64,000 nt of DNA from Candidatus Kapaibacterium sp. (GCA_046297095.1 JBKCNS010000010.1:506-64505), one strand, 5' to 3'; positions 18,050 to 28,403 are shown, counted from the first letter of the stretch. Numbers and translations: made by a program. The notes: generated by a model not told the origin, from the sequence alone.

Positions 18050-19621
18050 ATGGAAGCACAACGTCGTATTCTGTGGGTCGATGATGAAATCGATCTGCTT
18101 CGCCCTCATATCATCCTTTTGGAACAGAGGGGCTATCTTGTTTCAACCTCCAGCAATGGCGCCGACGCCATCGAAATGGTACGCCGCGGTTCGTTTGGCC
18201 TGGTGTTTTTGGACGAGAGTATGGTTGGCATGAGCGGCCTGGAAGTTCTTGAGGCACTCAAATCACTCGATGCATCGTTGCCGGTGGTAATGGTAACAAA
18301 GAACGAGCAAGAGTCGCTCATGGATGAAGCCATAGGGCGTAAGATCGACGACTATCTCACAAAGCCCGTAAACCCCGCGCAGATCCTGGCGGCATGCAAG
18401 AAGTTCTTGGAGTCTCGCCGTATCGCGGAGCAAAAGTTTACCCAGGACTATTTCAAAGGCTTCAATGAGTTATCTGCCAGACTATCAGACCGCTTAACCT
18501 GGGAAGATTGGGTAGACATCTATCAAAAGTTGGTGCAGTGGAGCATAGACCTTGACCTGCATCCCGATTTGGGTTTTCAGCAAACTCTTACCGATCAGTG
18601 GCAAGAGTGCAACCGATTATTCTCGAAGTATGTAGCCGACGGCTACACATCGTGGCTAGGCGACAAGCCCACCGGTGGCTCGCCATTGCTATCGCCGCAT
18701 CTCCTTGACGAGTTTGTGTTACCGCGCATTCGCTCGGGCCGCAAGACCGTGATGTTCGTTATCGACTGCATGCGCCTTGATCAATGGCTGGTGATGGAGG
18801 AGTTTATACGTCCGTTGTTTTCCGTATCCAAACGATACTACAGCTCTATACTCCCCACCGCCACTCCCTATGCCCGCAATTCGATTTTCAGTGGCCTGTA
18901 TCCTGCTGACATTGCCAAGCATTATCCTTCGTGGGCCCCGCAAGACTCAGAGACCGAGCATTCGCAAAATGCTCACGAGAAGGAGCTGCTCGAAGCGTAC
19001 GTAAAGCGCCGCTTTGTGGAACTGCAGTCTCCCCTGCAGTATGTGAAGATCATCGACACGGATTTTGGTAAGCGCATCGAAAACGACCTGCATCGAATCG
19101 TTAAATCTCCGCTCACAGCCATAGTAGTTAATGCAGTGGACATGATTGCGCATTCGCGCAGCGATCATGCCATCCTTCGAGAGATTGCACCGGATGAGTC
19201 TGCATATCGTTCGCTAACACGCTCGTGGTTTCAGCACTCGAGTTTCTTTGGCATGCTGAGAATTCTTTCGGGCATGAAAGATGTGGATGTGATTATCACC
19301 ACCGATCACGGTTCTATACGCTGTTTGCATGGAGTAAAGGTGATGGGAGATCGCGATACCACCACGAATCTTCGCTACAAAATGGGGCGGAACGTGAAGG
19401 CCGAAGAACGTCACGCTATGATTGTGAAAAATCCGGAACAACTGCGATTACCCAAATCTTCGGTTACCTCGAACATGATCATTGCCAAAGAAGACTTCTT
19501 CTTTGTATACCCCACAGAGTACCACCATTATCTAAACAAATACAAAGACGGCTTTCAGCACGGAGGAATTTCCATGGAAGAAATGATCCTACCCGTCGTA
19601 ATTTTGGAGCCCAAGTCGTAG
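18050..19621 (+). CDS. porX: PorX-type response regulator (CheY-like receiver fused to PglZ alkaline-phosphatase-superfamily domain)
   Basis: Receiver domain ILWVDDEIDLL...VFLDESMVGMSGLEVL...VVMVTKNEQ, followed by a PglZ-like region of about 380 aa (MFVIDCMRLDQW...ITTDHGS). Length 523 aa, matching T9SS regulators PorX/Fjoh PorX. Confidence 0.75.
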   Translation: MEAQRRILWVDDEIDLLRPHIILLEQRGYLVSTSSNGADAIEMVRRGSFGLVFLDESMVGMSGLEVLEALKSLDASLPVVMVTKNEQESLMDEAIGRKIDDYLTKPVNPAQILAACKKFLESRRIAEQKFTQDYFKGFNELSARLSDRLTWEDWVDIYQKLVQWSIDLDLHPDLGFQQTLTDQWQECNRLFSKYVADGYTSWLGDKPTGGSPLLSPHLLDEFVLPRIRSGRKTVMFVIDCMRLDQWLVMEEFIRPLFSVSKRYYSSILPTATPYARNSIFSGLYPADIAKHYPSWAPQDSETEHSQNAHEKELLEAYVKRRFVELQSPLQYVKIIDTDFGKRIENDLHRIVKSPLTAIVVNAVDMIAHSRSDHAILREIAPDESAYRSLTRSWFQHSSFFGMLRILSGMKDVDVIITTDHGSIRCLHGVKVMGDRDTTTNLRYKMGRNVKAEERHAMIVKNPEQLRLPKSSVTSNMIIAKEDFFFVYPTEYHHYLNKYKDGFQHGGISMEEMILPVVILEPKS

Positions 19622-19689
19622 AACGGTGCCCCAACGGTGGTGTGCATTCGCTGCGCCTTCGGACGTTTGTTCCCCACTGAAAGAAATGC

Positions 19690-20175
19690 ATGGATTCGGA
19701 ACGGTATGTTACCCATTCGGAGAAGGAGACGGCCGATCTTGGACGGCGCTTCGCCGAGCGCTTGCAGCGCGGCGATTGCGTAACCCTCTTCGGAGAGTTA
19801 GGTGCCGGAAAAACGGAATTCACCAAAGGTGTGTGTGAGTTTTTCCGTGTGAGCGATATCGTGAGCAGTCCAACGTACACGATTATGAATCAGTACGAAG
19901 GTGAGCTGGCCGATGGTCAGCCGGTTCAGGTGTATCACATAGACCTGTACCGCATTAAAACCAGCGAGGAACTGGACAATGTGGGTTTCGATGACTGTAT
20001 GTATTCCCACAACTCGGTGAAACTTGTGGAGTGGGCCGAACGCGCCAGTCAGATTTTGCCCACAACCAGATACGAAGTTCATTTCCGAACGTCGCCCGGC
20101 GACGACAATGAACGTGTAGTAGAAATCAGCGCCATAGGCATGCATGAGCATGTACCGCAACCGCTGGAATCATAA
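19690..20175 (+). CDS. tsaE: tRNA threonylcarbamoyladenosine biosynthesis protein TsaE
   Basis: Walker-A GELGAGKTEFTKGV. Size and overall pattern (YHIDLYR, VEWAE) match YjeE/TsaE. Confidence 0.85.
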   Translation: MDSERYVTHSEKETADLGRRFAERLQRGDCVTLFGELGAGKTEFTKGVCEFFRVSDIVSSPTYTIMNQYEGELADGQPVQVYHIDLYRIKTSEELDNVGFDDCMYSHNSVKLVEWAERASQILPTTRYEVHFRTSPGDDNERVVEISAIGMHEHVPQPLES

Positions 20176-20206
20176 TCAATGTGCCACTTCAATCTCTCTA
20201 TTCATT

Positions 20207-21382
20207 ATGCATATAGCCGAACGCATCTCCAGACTTGGTACCGAAACAGCATTCGAAGTTTTGGTTCGCGCCAGAGCGTTGGAAGCTCAGGGAAAAAACA
20301 TCGTCCACTTGGAAATCGGTGAGCCGGACTTCGATACTCCGGACAATATCATCGAAGCTGCGAAGAACGCACTGGACAATTCCTGGACGCATTACGGCCC
20401 CAGCAACGGCTTGCCTGCTGCACGCGAGGCATGTGCCGCATATTTCAACAAGACGCGCGGCGTTGATTTGTACAATGCAAACGAAGTGGTGATTGTACCC
20501 GGCGCAAAGCCCATCATTTTCTATGCGTTGATGGCGGTACTGGACGAAGGTGATGAAGTAATCTATCCCAATCCCGGATTCCCCATTTACGAGTCCGTCA
20601 TCAATTTCCTCAAGGCTATTCCCGTACCCCTTCCCTTGAAGGAAGAAAAAGAGTTTCGCTTCGACCTTGCCGATGTAGAAGCACGCATCACGCCGAAGAC
20701 GCGCATGATCATTTTGAACACGCCGCAGAATCCCACCGGCGGAATCCTTACGCACGAAGATCTTGAAGGCTTAGCGAAGCTCGCCGTGAAGCACGATCTT
20801 ATCGTTTTCTCCGACGAGATTTACTCGCAGGTAACTTACGACGACTTCAAACACGAGACCATTACGCAGTTCGAAGGCATGAAAGAGCGTACCATCGTAC
20901 TCGACGGATTCTCCAAGACCTTTGCCATGACCGGATGGCGCTTGGGCTACGGCCTTATGCCCGAAGAGATTGCCAAAGTGGTGGCGAAGCTTCAAACAAA
21001 TTGCACCAGCTGTGCGCCTTCATTTACGCAGATCGCCGGCATCGAAGCGCTCACCGATTCTACGTTGCCGCGAGTAGGTGAATTCATCGCCGAGTTTAAA
21101 CGCCGCCGTGATGTTATCGTGGAAGGTCTGAATTCAATTCCGGGATTCCGTTGCCACTCACCCAAGGGTGCGTTCTACGTATTCCCCAACATCACCGGTA
21201 CAGGTATGACTTCGCAGGAGTGCGCAGACTTCCTTCTCTACGAAGCGGGCGTGGCCTGCTTGAGCGGCACCGCATTCGGCGCCGTGGGCGAAGGCTTCAT
21301 TCGCTTCTCGTATGCAAACAGCGTTGAGAATATCGAAGAAGCGCTGCGTCGTATTCGTACTGCTATGGCTACTCGCGGCTAA
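20207..21382 (+). CDS. pyridoxal-phosphate-dependent aminotransferase, class I (aspartate/aromatic aminotransferase-like)
   Basis: PLP-Lys region DGFSKTFAMTGWRLGY, NTPQNPTGG, and the C-terminal FIRFSYA motif. Confidence 0.85.
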   Translation: MHIAERISRLGTETAFEVLVRARALEAQGKNIVHLEIGEPDFDTPDNIIEAAKNALDNSWTHYGPSNGLPAAREACAAYFNKTRGVDLYNANEVVIVPGAKPIIFYALMAVLDEGDEVIYPNPGFPIYESVINFLKAIPVPLPLKEEKEFRFDLADVEARITPKTRMIILNTPQNPTGGILTHEDLEGLAKLAVKHDLIVFSDEIYSQVTYDDFKHETITQFEGMKERTIVLDGFSKTFAMTGWRLGYGLMPEEIAKVVAKLQTNCTSCAPSFTQIAGIEALTDSTLPRVGEFIAEFKRRRDVIVEGLNSIPGFRCHSPKGAFYVFPNITGTGMTSQECADFLLYEAGVACLSGTAFGAVGEGFIRFSYANSVENIEEALRRIRTAMATRG

Positions 21383-21418
21383 GCAATTGCACTCTGTCAC
21401 CATGCGCGTTCGCTCTCT

Positions 21419-22465
21419 ATGAAATTCCTCTTGTATGTGATTGGATTGGGCGGTGCTCTTGCCTTGGGCGTATTTCCTCGCCCTCAATTCGCGCGTCCGG
21501 CCCTCACCCGCATACTCACCACCGTGTTGGTGATTGGAGTAATAATCCTCACGTTTATGCCGCCGCTGGTGGGCACCTTCGGCGATGCCATCATGGCAAA
21601 AGAGCGCCATGCAGCACAGCCCGGTGTGAATGTTTTGATACGCCCGCAACTGAGCACTGCCGACTCTGCATTGGGTATAGCGTATAATGATCCCGGCATG
21701 GGCATGGGTCTGCGTTTGAGATTTGCATCGGAGCAACTTTTGAATGAAGCACGCGCCTGCGATGCTTCCAAAGCCATACTCGTCACAGTGATAAATGAGA
21801 ACGATCACCGCAGCTTTGCAGTGACGCGTATTCTGGGCTCGCAGCCGGCGCTGTTTCTTCCTTACATACCGGCTCTTGAAGAACGCTCCCGCATCATGTT
21901 TCTCCATGTGCCGATGTCGTGGGTTGGTTTTCTGGCCTTTATCGTGACGCTATGGTATTCGGTGTTGTATCTGCGTAATCAACGCTACGAGCACGATGTA
22001 ATCGCTGCTTCGTCCGCGGGTATTGGATTGCTGTTCTGCACCTTGGCTTATGTTACCGGAGCATTGTGGGCTAAATTCAACTGGGGAAAATTCTTCAATT
22101 GGGATATGCGTGAGTTTTCGGTGCTGGTGCTCCTGCTCATGTACGGTGCATACTTTGCCCTGCGCTCGTCCATCCCCAACAGAGATCGGCGTGCGCGTAT
22201 TTCGGGCGTGTATGCAATTGTTAGTTGCGTGGCGGCATTGTTCCTGTTGTTCATCGTGCCGCGCATGACACAAAGCCTGCATCCCGGATCGCAAAGCGAT
22301 ACCAACGCCGGCCCCATTCTTAGCACACAGGCCGATGCCATCAACATCACCAAAGCATATATCTTCTCCTTGTCGCTGGCCGCTTTTACTCTTGTGTATT
22401 TCCGGTTGTTGAGTCTGCGAATACGCCTTCAACACGCCGAAGAGAGTGTAAAAGAGTTAGCCTAA
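21419..22465 (+). CDS. ccmC: CcmC-like heme exporter / cytochrome c assembly protein with ~150-aa N-terminal extension
   Basis: SRIMFLHVPMSWVGFLAF corresponds to E. coli CcmC YRIMYLHVPAAIWSMGIY. The WWD motif is WGKFFNWDMREFSVLVLLLMY. The first ~150 aa (one TM helix plus a soluble region) have no CcmC counterpart. Confidence 0.7.
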   Translation: MKFLLYVIGLGGALALGVFPRPQFARPALTRILTTVLVIGVIILTFMPPLVGTFGDAIMAKERHAAQPGVNVLIRPQLSTADSALGIAYNDPGMGMGLRLRFASEQLLNEARACDASKAILVTVINENDHRSFAVTRILGSQPALFLPYIPALEERSRIMFLHVPMSWVGFLAFIVTLWYSVLYLRNQRYEHDVIAASSAGIGLLFCTLAYVTGALWAKFNWGKFFNWDMREFSVLVLLLMYGAYFALRSSIPNRDRRARISGVYAIVSCVAALFLLFIVPRMTQSLHPGSQSDTNAGPILSTQADAINITKAYIFSLSLAAFTLVYFRLLSLRIRLQHAEESVKELA

Positions 22466-22569
22466 GAATTGTTTCCTCTTCGCAGCTGTAGCCCGTTCGC
22501 GTACTTCTGCAACAGGTATCACTTCATTGATTCCAACAATATCAATAAGCGCAGCAAAGCGCATCATGT

Positions 22570-23754
22570 ATGATTCGAACACTTGATGAATTGCCCTTGC
22601 GTGGTCATCGCGTGCTTGTGCGCGTGGATTACAACGTCCCCTTCAACGACGCCGGAGCGATCACCGACGATACCCGTATTGTGGAGTCGTTGCCCACGGT
22701 GCGAAAGATTTGCGCCGAAGGAGGAATAGCCGTGTTGATGTCGCACCTTGGCCGGCCAAAGGGTAAGGTGAATCCCAAGTATTCGCTTGCGCCTGTAGCA
22801 CAGCATTTATCGGGCCTGCTGCAAACACCCGTACATTTTGTACCTGTCTGTATTGGCGCCGAAGCGGAGGCCGCCGTAGCTGCCGCGCAGCCCGGGCAGA
22901 TTGTGATGCTGGAGAATGTGAGATTTCATCCCGAAGAAGAAGCCAACGACCCCGTGTTTGCCGAGCAGCTTTCGCGCCTTGGCGATGTGTACGTGAACGA
23001 TGCATTCGGCACTGCCCACCGAGCTCATGCCAGCACCGAGGGTGTGGCTACATTCTTTGCAACCAAACGCGGAGCCGGATATCTGATAGCCAAAGAACTG
23101 CAATACCTGGGCTCGGCCCTGAGCAATCCCGCGCGGCCTTTCGTGGCCATTCTTGGCGGCAGCAAAGTGAGTGATAAAATAGAGGTCATTCAAAACCTGC
23201 TCAGCAAAGCAGACTCGATCATTATAGGTGGAGGCATGGCCAATACCTTTGTGCGGGCTCAAGGCCTGCCCACCGGCGACTCACTCGTAGAAGAAGACAA
23301 GGTAGAGATGGCGCGAGCGCTATTGCAAAGTGCCGGCGATAGAATCCTCTTACCGACCGACGCAATCATCGCCGATGCTTTCGACGCCAACGCAAACCAC
23401 AAAGCGGTATCTGTGCAGAACATCCCCGAGGGCTGGCGCATTCTGGATATTGGCCCGGAGTCGGTGAAGAGCTTTACCGCATGCATTGAATCGGCAAAAA
23501 CCGTGGTATGGAATGGGCCTATGGGTGTGTTCGAATTCCCGGCCTTCAGTGGCGGAACATTCGGTATTGCCCATGCATTGTGCACCGCCACAGCTCATGG
23601 AGCAGTAACTATGGTGGGCGGCGGAGACTCTGCTGCGGCTATTGCTCAAGCCGGTTTAAAGTCCGGTGTATCGCACGTATCCACCGGTGGCGGCGCGTCG
23701 CTGGAATACCTGGAAGGCAAGGTACTCCCCGGCATCGCGATCTTGGAAGAGTAG
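22570..23754 (+). CDS. pgk: phosphoglycerate kinase
   Basis: MIRTLDELPLRGHRVLVRVDYNVP N-terminus. Also MSHLGRPKG, and the C-terminal GGGASLE hinge motif. Confidence 0.9.
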   Translation: MIRTLDELPLRGHRVLVRVDYNVPFNDAGAITDDTRIVESLPTVRKICAEGGIAVLMSHLGRPKGKVNPKYSLAPVAQHLSGLLQTPVHFVPVCIGAEAEAAVAAAQPGQIVMLENVRFHPEEEANDPVFAEQLSRLGDVYVNDAFGTAHRAHASTEGVATFFATKRGAGYLIAKELQYLGSALSNPARPFVAILGGSKVSDKIEVIQNLLSKADSIIIGGGMANTFVRAQGLPTGDSLVEEDKVEMARALLQSAGDRILLPTDAIIADAFDANANHKAVSVQNIPEGWRILDIGPESVKSFTACIESAKTVVWNGPMGVFEFPAFSGGTFGIAHALCTATAHGAVTMVGGGDSAAAIAQAGLKSGVSHVSTGGGASLEYLEGKVLPGIAILEE

Positions 23755-23908
23755 TAATGCTGAGTGCAGTGCTTTGCTCTCTGACCGTAGCAGCTGCCGC
23801 AGCCGTAACCGTAGCACCGATCACAGCATTGCGACACTGCACTGTAATCGAAAGCAATGCCAAGGGCAGTCAATCGTCTGCTTGCAGTATCCTAATCTCT
23901 TGAGCACT

Positions 23909-24829
23909 ATGCCACGTTTAAATAATCAGTTCGGATTTCAATCCTACTCGTTAGTACCACCGGCCATCAAAATGCTGATAGCGATTAATGTGATTGTGTT
24001 TGTAGCAAGCGCATTGATACTGCCGGGGCTAAGTTTCGACGGCGAATCGCTTAGCAATGTATTCGAGCGAACGTTTGCGCTGATGCCTCAAGGCAGCGAG
24101 ATGTTCTATCCGTATTGGCAACTGCTCAGCTATCAATTTTTGCATGGTGGTTTAGGGCATTTGTTCTTCAACATGCTGGCCTTGTGGATGTTCGGCTCGG
24201 AGCTGGAACAAATCTGGGGCTCGTCACGGTTCCTTGTGTATTACCTGCTGTGCGGTATCGGAGGCGGTTTGCTGCATTTGGCAATTGATGCCGGTGCGCC
24301 AACCGTGGGAGCATCCGGCGCTATTATGGGTGTGCTGGTTGGATTCGGAATGACGTTCCCGGATAGGCCGGTAATGATGTTTCCCTTGTTCATCCCCATT
24401 CCCGCTCGAATCTTCGTGGTGATATATGCCCTCATCGATCTGTATTCGGGAATTTCTTCGTCCATGGATGGCATTGCTCACTTTGCTCACTTGGGTGGGG
24501 CAATAACCGGCGTATTGCTTTTAAAATTTGGCGAGCGTTCAGGGTTCTTGGGTTCGGTCACGAGGCTTGGAGACAAGATATTTTCCGGATCTACAAAATC
24601 GTCCCCGGGCTTGCGTGTGGTGGATGCAAAATATCGTGATATCACACCGGCAGCGCAAACGCCTACACAGCATGGTATGTTTCATGGCGGCTCGTTTTTC
24701 TTCAACGGTGAGTACATCACGGAAGACACCGTCAACGTGATTCTGGATAAGATATCCGCAACGGGATACGATTCGTTGGACCAACGCGAGAAAGATATAC
24801 TGCTGGAGATAAGTCGTCGAATGAGTTAA
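23909..24829 (+). CDS. rhomboid family intramembrane serine protease with extra C-terminal soluble region
   Basis: GHLFFNMLALWMFG, the catalytic GASGAIMGVL (GxSG), and AHxxG (AHLGGAITG). The C-terminal ~80 aa are non-membrane. Confidence 0.8.
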   Translation: MPRLNNQFGFQSYSLVPPAIKMLIAINVIVFVASALILPGLSFDGESLSNVFERTFALMPQGSEMFYPYWQLLSYQFLHGGLGHLFFNMLALWMFGSELEQIWGSSRFLVYYLLCGIGGGLLHLAIDAGAPTVGASGAIMGVLVGFGMTFPDRPVMMFPLFIPIPARIFVVIYALIDLYSGISSSMDGIAHFAHLGGAITGVLLLKFGERSGFLGSVTRLGDKIFSGSTKSSPGLRVVDAKYRDITPAAQTPTQHGMFHGGSFFFNGEYITEDTVNVILDKISATGYDSLDQREKDILLEISRRMS

Positions 24830-24989
24830 GAAGGTATCTTTGAGAGTTACAAGAGGCGCTCATGACGCTCGTGGTGCGAGGATACAGCCTAGAGCCATCG
24901 TCACACTTCCCTGCTGATGCATTACTCGAGAAACCTCGGGATAGATTTCAATACAACGTCAAAAAATTACAAACCACAATTACCCGGTT

Positions 24990-26129
24990 ATGACTGAGCT
25001 ACCCATACTACCACAAGCAAACGAACCAGCCGCGCAGCCTATGGCCGTAGCTCCGTTTCGCCGTCGCAAAAGCCGCCAAGTGATGGTGGGTTCGGTGCCG
25101 GTGGGCGGCAACGCTCCGGTGTCGGTGCAAACGATGACCAAAACCAAAACGGCGGATGTAGACGCCACGGTGGCACAGGTGCAGCGTTGCGCGGAGCTTG
25201 GTGCCGATATCGTGCGTATCACCGTCAACGATTGGGAAGCAGCCGAAGCAATGGCTGCTATTATGAAAAAAGTAACGGTGCCCATCGTTGCAGACATTCA
25301 CTTCAATCATGTGTTTGCGTTGAAGGCTATAGAGGCAGGAGTAAATGCCGTGCGCATCAACCCGGGTAACATCGGCTCACGTGATCGTATTAAAGAAGTA
25401 TTGACCAAGGCCAAAGAGCGCGGCCTGCCCATCCGAATCGGGGTGAACAGCGGCTCGCTGGAAGAAGATATTTTGGAACGTCACGGCTATCCTACGCCGC
25501 AGGCATTGTTCGAGAGTGCAATGCGCCATGTGGAGATCTCACAAGACTTCGGCTTTGACGACATTGTAATTTCGGTTAAGTCTACCGATGTGCGCTTGAT
25601 GATTGAAGCGTATCGCCTTATTGCAGAGAAGACCGATTTCCCCTTGCACCTTGGTGTAACGGAAGCCGGCACTCTTCGCGTGGGTACTATCAAGTCCAGT
25701 ATCGGTATTGGAACGTTACTAGCCGAGGGAATTGGAGACACCATTCGTGTTTCTCTCACCGACGAACCCGAAAATGAAGTAGAAGTAGGTAAAGATATCT
25801 TGCGCTCGCTGGGATTGGCTCAGCGCAGTGTGGAGATTATCTCCTGCCCTACCTGTGGGCGTTTGGAAGTTGATTTGTTTGGCATCACCAACGAGATCGA
25901 GCGCCGTATCAAAGGCATCAAGAAGCCGGTAAAGGTGGCTCTGCTCGGTTGTGTTGTGAACGGACCCGGCGAAGCCAGCGAAGCTGATATCGGTATTGCC
26001 GCCGGCAAAGGTGTGGGTATCTTGTACCGCAAAGGCGTGGTAGTGCGCCGTGTGAAAGAAGAAGAAATTATCGACGCGGTTGTGCAAGAAATCATGGACT
26101 TTGTTCCTCCCGAAGAATTGACTCATTAA
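24990..26129 (+). CDS. ispG: 4-hydroxy-3-methylbut-2-enyl diphosphate synthase (flavodoxin type)
   Basis: RRKSRQVMVGSVPVGGNAPVSVQTMTKT N-terminal TIM-barrel region and the C-terminal CPTCGR 4Fe-4S motif. Confidence 0.9.
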   Translation: MTELPILPQANEPAAQPMAVAPFRRRKSRQVMVGSVPVGGNAPVSVQTMTKTKTADVDATVAQVQRCAELGADIVRITVNDWEAAEAMAAIMKKVTVPIVADIHFNHVFALKAIEAGVNAVRINPGNIGSRDRIKEVLTKAKERGLPIRIGVNSGSLEEDILERHGYPTPQALFESAMRHVEISQDFGFDDIVISVKSTDVRLMIEAYRLIAEKTDFPLHLGVTEAGTLRVGTIKSSIGIGTLLAEGIGDTIRVSLTDEPENEVEVGKDILRSLGLAQRSVEIISCPTCGRLEVDLFGITNEIERRIKGIKKPVKVALLGCVVNGPGEASEADIGIAAGKGVGILYRKGVVVRRVKEEEIIDAVVQEIMDFVPPEELTH

Positions 26130-26200
26130 TTACCTGCAACATTCATAGAAAATTGAGTTGTGCGGTATTCTCTCCCCTGAATGCCGCGATCTTATGCTCA

Positions 26201-26238
26201 AGCCTGATGCGACCCCTATGCATCGGGCTTTTTTTTTC
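26201..26238 (+). terminator. rho-independent terminator after ispG
   Basis: AGCCTGATGC-GACCCCTAT-GCATCGGGCT hairpin followed by T9. Confidence 0.6.
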
Positions 26239-26363
26239 CACATTTACGGCGAACAATACAAACACCTGCTTTATCGTTCTTCAGCAAAGGCAGTGACGTG
26301 CGTATTTTTGGCTTCCCCGATCCGGCAATCGCACTTGTTCTCATCACACTCTTTTCATTTCGT

Positions 26364-28289
26364 ATGAAGCTGTTCCTCTGTGCTGCAATCCTTGCATGCG
26401 TTGTTTCATCTGCCGCACCTGCACAAGACCTTCCGCCGGTTTCGGCAGGTATATATGCAGGATTGAATGTTAACTCACCCTCGGCCTCGTTCATCTATCC
26501 GTTGTCCGGCGGTGCTACGAACTTCTCTTCGTCCTCGTTAGGATTAGGCCCGGCAATTGGTGCACTTCTTCACTACCCGCTGTCTTCGTCGCTGGATGCA
26601 GGATTGCGCCTGGGCTATAATCACATCAACGGTGACATATTCAGCAGCGTTGTTGACGCGCCGACGAATACTACACGTAACGACACTATTCTGCCCTCGA
26701 TGCCGCACCTGGAGCTTCTTCCTATGGTTCGGTTCCGTAATATTTTTTCCGTCCGGAACCTTTATGCAATTGCGGGACCTGAATTAGGCATTCCGCTATC
26801 GCCTACAGTTTCCCGATTTGGAACATCCACCACCAATGGTGTGACAACGCGCAATGCCGATTCCCTGAACAATGCATCGTTGGAATCACCCGCTTTCAGA
26901 TTCGCTGTTGCCGCCGGCGTGGGGTACGACTTCGATTTTTCGGGAACACATGTATTGCCTGAACTCAGTGTGCGATTTCCGCTCACGAATGTTTCTACCA
27001 AAGCCGAGTACGATTCGTGGACCACTCCTCAGATTCGTTTTTCCGTTGGCGTAACTATGGATTTTGCCCGCGAAAAGAAACAAGTGGATATTGTCAAGGA
27101 GCCCTTTGTTGAGCCGAAGATTACCCGTATCATATCCTTTACGGACAAAGGCGACACGCTGGATGTGCGCCGAATTCGTGTGGAAGACATTCAATACTCC
27201 GAGCTCTTTCCTTTAGTGCCGTACATCTTCTTTCCTTTAAACTCGAATGTAGAAGATTCGGCAGTGGCAAAGCCTCGCCGCGGCGAGCCCGGCATTCAAG
27301 ACGATGCTACCACTCTCAACGACGCCGTGGGAGTGAACTACACCATCCTGGATGTTGTGTGCGCGCGAATGAAGAAGTTCGAAAGTGCACGCCTGACTAT
27401 CACGGGCACCAACGACGGCAAGAGCGAAACCAAACTACGTTCACTCTCGATGCAACGTGCAGAGCGTATCAAGCAATACCTGATCGACTGCGGAATTTCC
27501 GCAGATCGCCTATCTCTGAACTCCCGCGACCTTCCGGAGAAGGCTTCGTCCACCACTCTGGATGATGGCTTGGCAGAGAATAGACGTGTTGAATTGAGCA
27601 GCGAAATGCCGGACATTTTATCGCCGGTTGTATCCAAGCAAGAGCTTGAGCGCATCAGCGATCCGGACTTGGTGGAGTTCATGCCGGAAGCTAAATCGTC
27701 GGATGCAATTGCGTCGTGGAGCATGGAGCTTATGCAGGCAGGTAGAGTGATTCGCACGATCAACGGCAACGGCGATGTGCGCCCCATGCGTTGGGCAATA
27801 CGTCCCGGGGAGTTGTCCGACAAGCAAGTTCCTGTTGATTACAACTACACGGTTGAGAATGTTCGCGGAGTAAAGAAAAGCGTGACGGGATCGGTGGCAG
27901 TAGACTACCTGAGCAGTATGCGTAAGAAACAAGAGAAACTTGCCGACAAAACCGTCGACAAATTCAGCTTGATTCTTTTTGATTTCGACAAAGATGAAAT
28001 CACGGCCGACAATCTTCGCATTCTGGAATCCAAAGTTATACCTTCTATTAAGTACAACTCGACGGTAAAGATCTACGGTCACACCGATCGTATAGGAGAC
28101 GACAAATACAATCGAGAGTTATCTCTGCGCCGCGCCGAAGCCACGCTGAAGGCCTTGCAGAGCAAGATGTCCGGTGTGAGCTACAGTGCTTACGGTTTGG
28201 GTGAAACAAAGAAGATTTTCGACAACGATCTTCCGCTCGGCAGGCACCTAAGCCGCACGGTACAGATCATTGTGGAAACGCCGCGATAA
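26364..28289 (+). CDS. OmpA-family outer-membrane protein: N-terminal beta-barrel + two C-terminal OmpA-like domains (paralog A)
   Basis: Signal peptide MKLFLCAAILACVVSSAAPA. The N-terminal ~230 aa alternate hydrophobic and polar residues in an amphipathic beta-barrel pattern and end in an aromatic residue. Two OmpA_C-like units are marked by DDGLAENRRVELS and YGHTDRIGDDKYNRELSLRRAEA. Confidence 0.75.
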   Translation: MKLFLCAAILACVVSSAAPAQDLPPVSAGIYAGLNVNSPSASFIYPLSGGATNFSSSSLGLGPAIGALLHYPLSSSLDAGLRLGYNHINGDIFSSVVDAPTNTTRNDTILPSMPHLELLPMVRFRNIFSVRNLYAIAGPELGIPLSPTVSRFGTSTTNGVTTRNADSLNNASLESPAFRFAVAAGVGYDFDFSGTHVLPELSVRFPLTNVSTKAEYDSWTTPQIRFSVGVTMDFAREKKQVDIVKEPFVEPKITRIISFTDKGDTLDVRRIRVEDIQYSELFPLVPYIFFPLNSNVEDSAVAKPRRGEPGIQDDATTLNDAVGVNYTILDVVCARMKKFESARLTITGTNDGKSETKLRSLSMQRAERIKQYLIDCGISADRLSLNSRDLPEKASSTTLDDGLAENRRVELSSEMPDILSPVVSKQELERISDPDLVEFMPEAKSSDAIASWSMELMQAGRVIRTINGNGDVRPMRWAIRPGELSDKQVPVDYNYTVENVRGVKKSVTGSVAVDYLSSMRKKQEKLADKTVDKFSLILFDFDKDEITADNLRILESKVIPSIKYNSTVKIYGHTDRIGDDKYNRELSLRRAEATLKALQSKMSGVSYSAYGLGETKKIFDNDLPLGRHLSRTVQIIVETPR

Positions 28290-28311
28290 GAATTCAACGA
28301 AAGCCTTTTTT

Positions 28312-28342
28312 AAAGAGCCATCTTGCGATGGCTCTTTGTTTA
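28312..28342 (+). terminator. rho-independent terminator after OmpA paralog A
   Basis: AAAGAGCCATC-TTGC-GATGGCTCTTT hairpin followed by GTTTAT. Confidence 0.6.
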
Positions 28343-28403
28343 TACTCTCCGCAACCATATCGCACACAAGCCAATCAACGTTCACTATGCAGAAACGCAG
28401 AGC

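Noticed and set aside
18050-19621. PglZ domain could indicate a BREX/Pgl phage-defence locus
   Set aside because: The PglZ domain is fused to an N-terminal CheY-like receiver, giving 523 aa, which is the PorX architecture. No brxA/B/C, pglX methyltransferase, brxL or pglW genes lie nearby, and the neighbours are tsaE and an aminotransferase.
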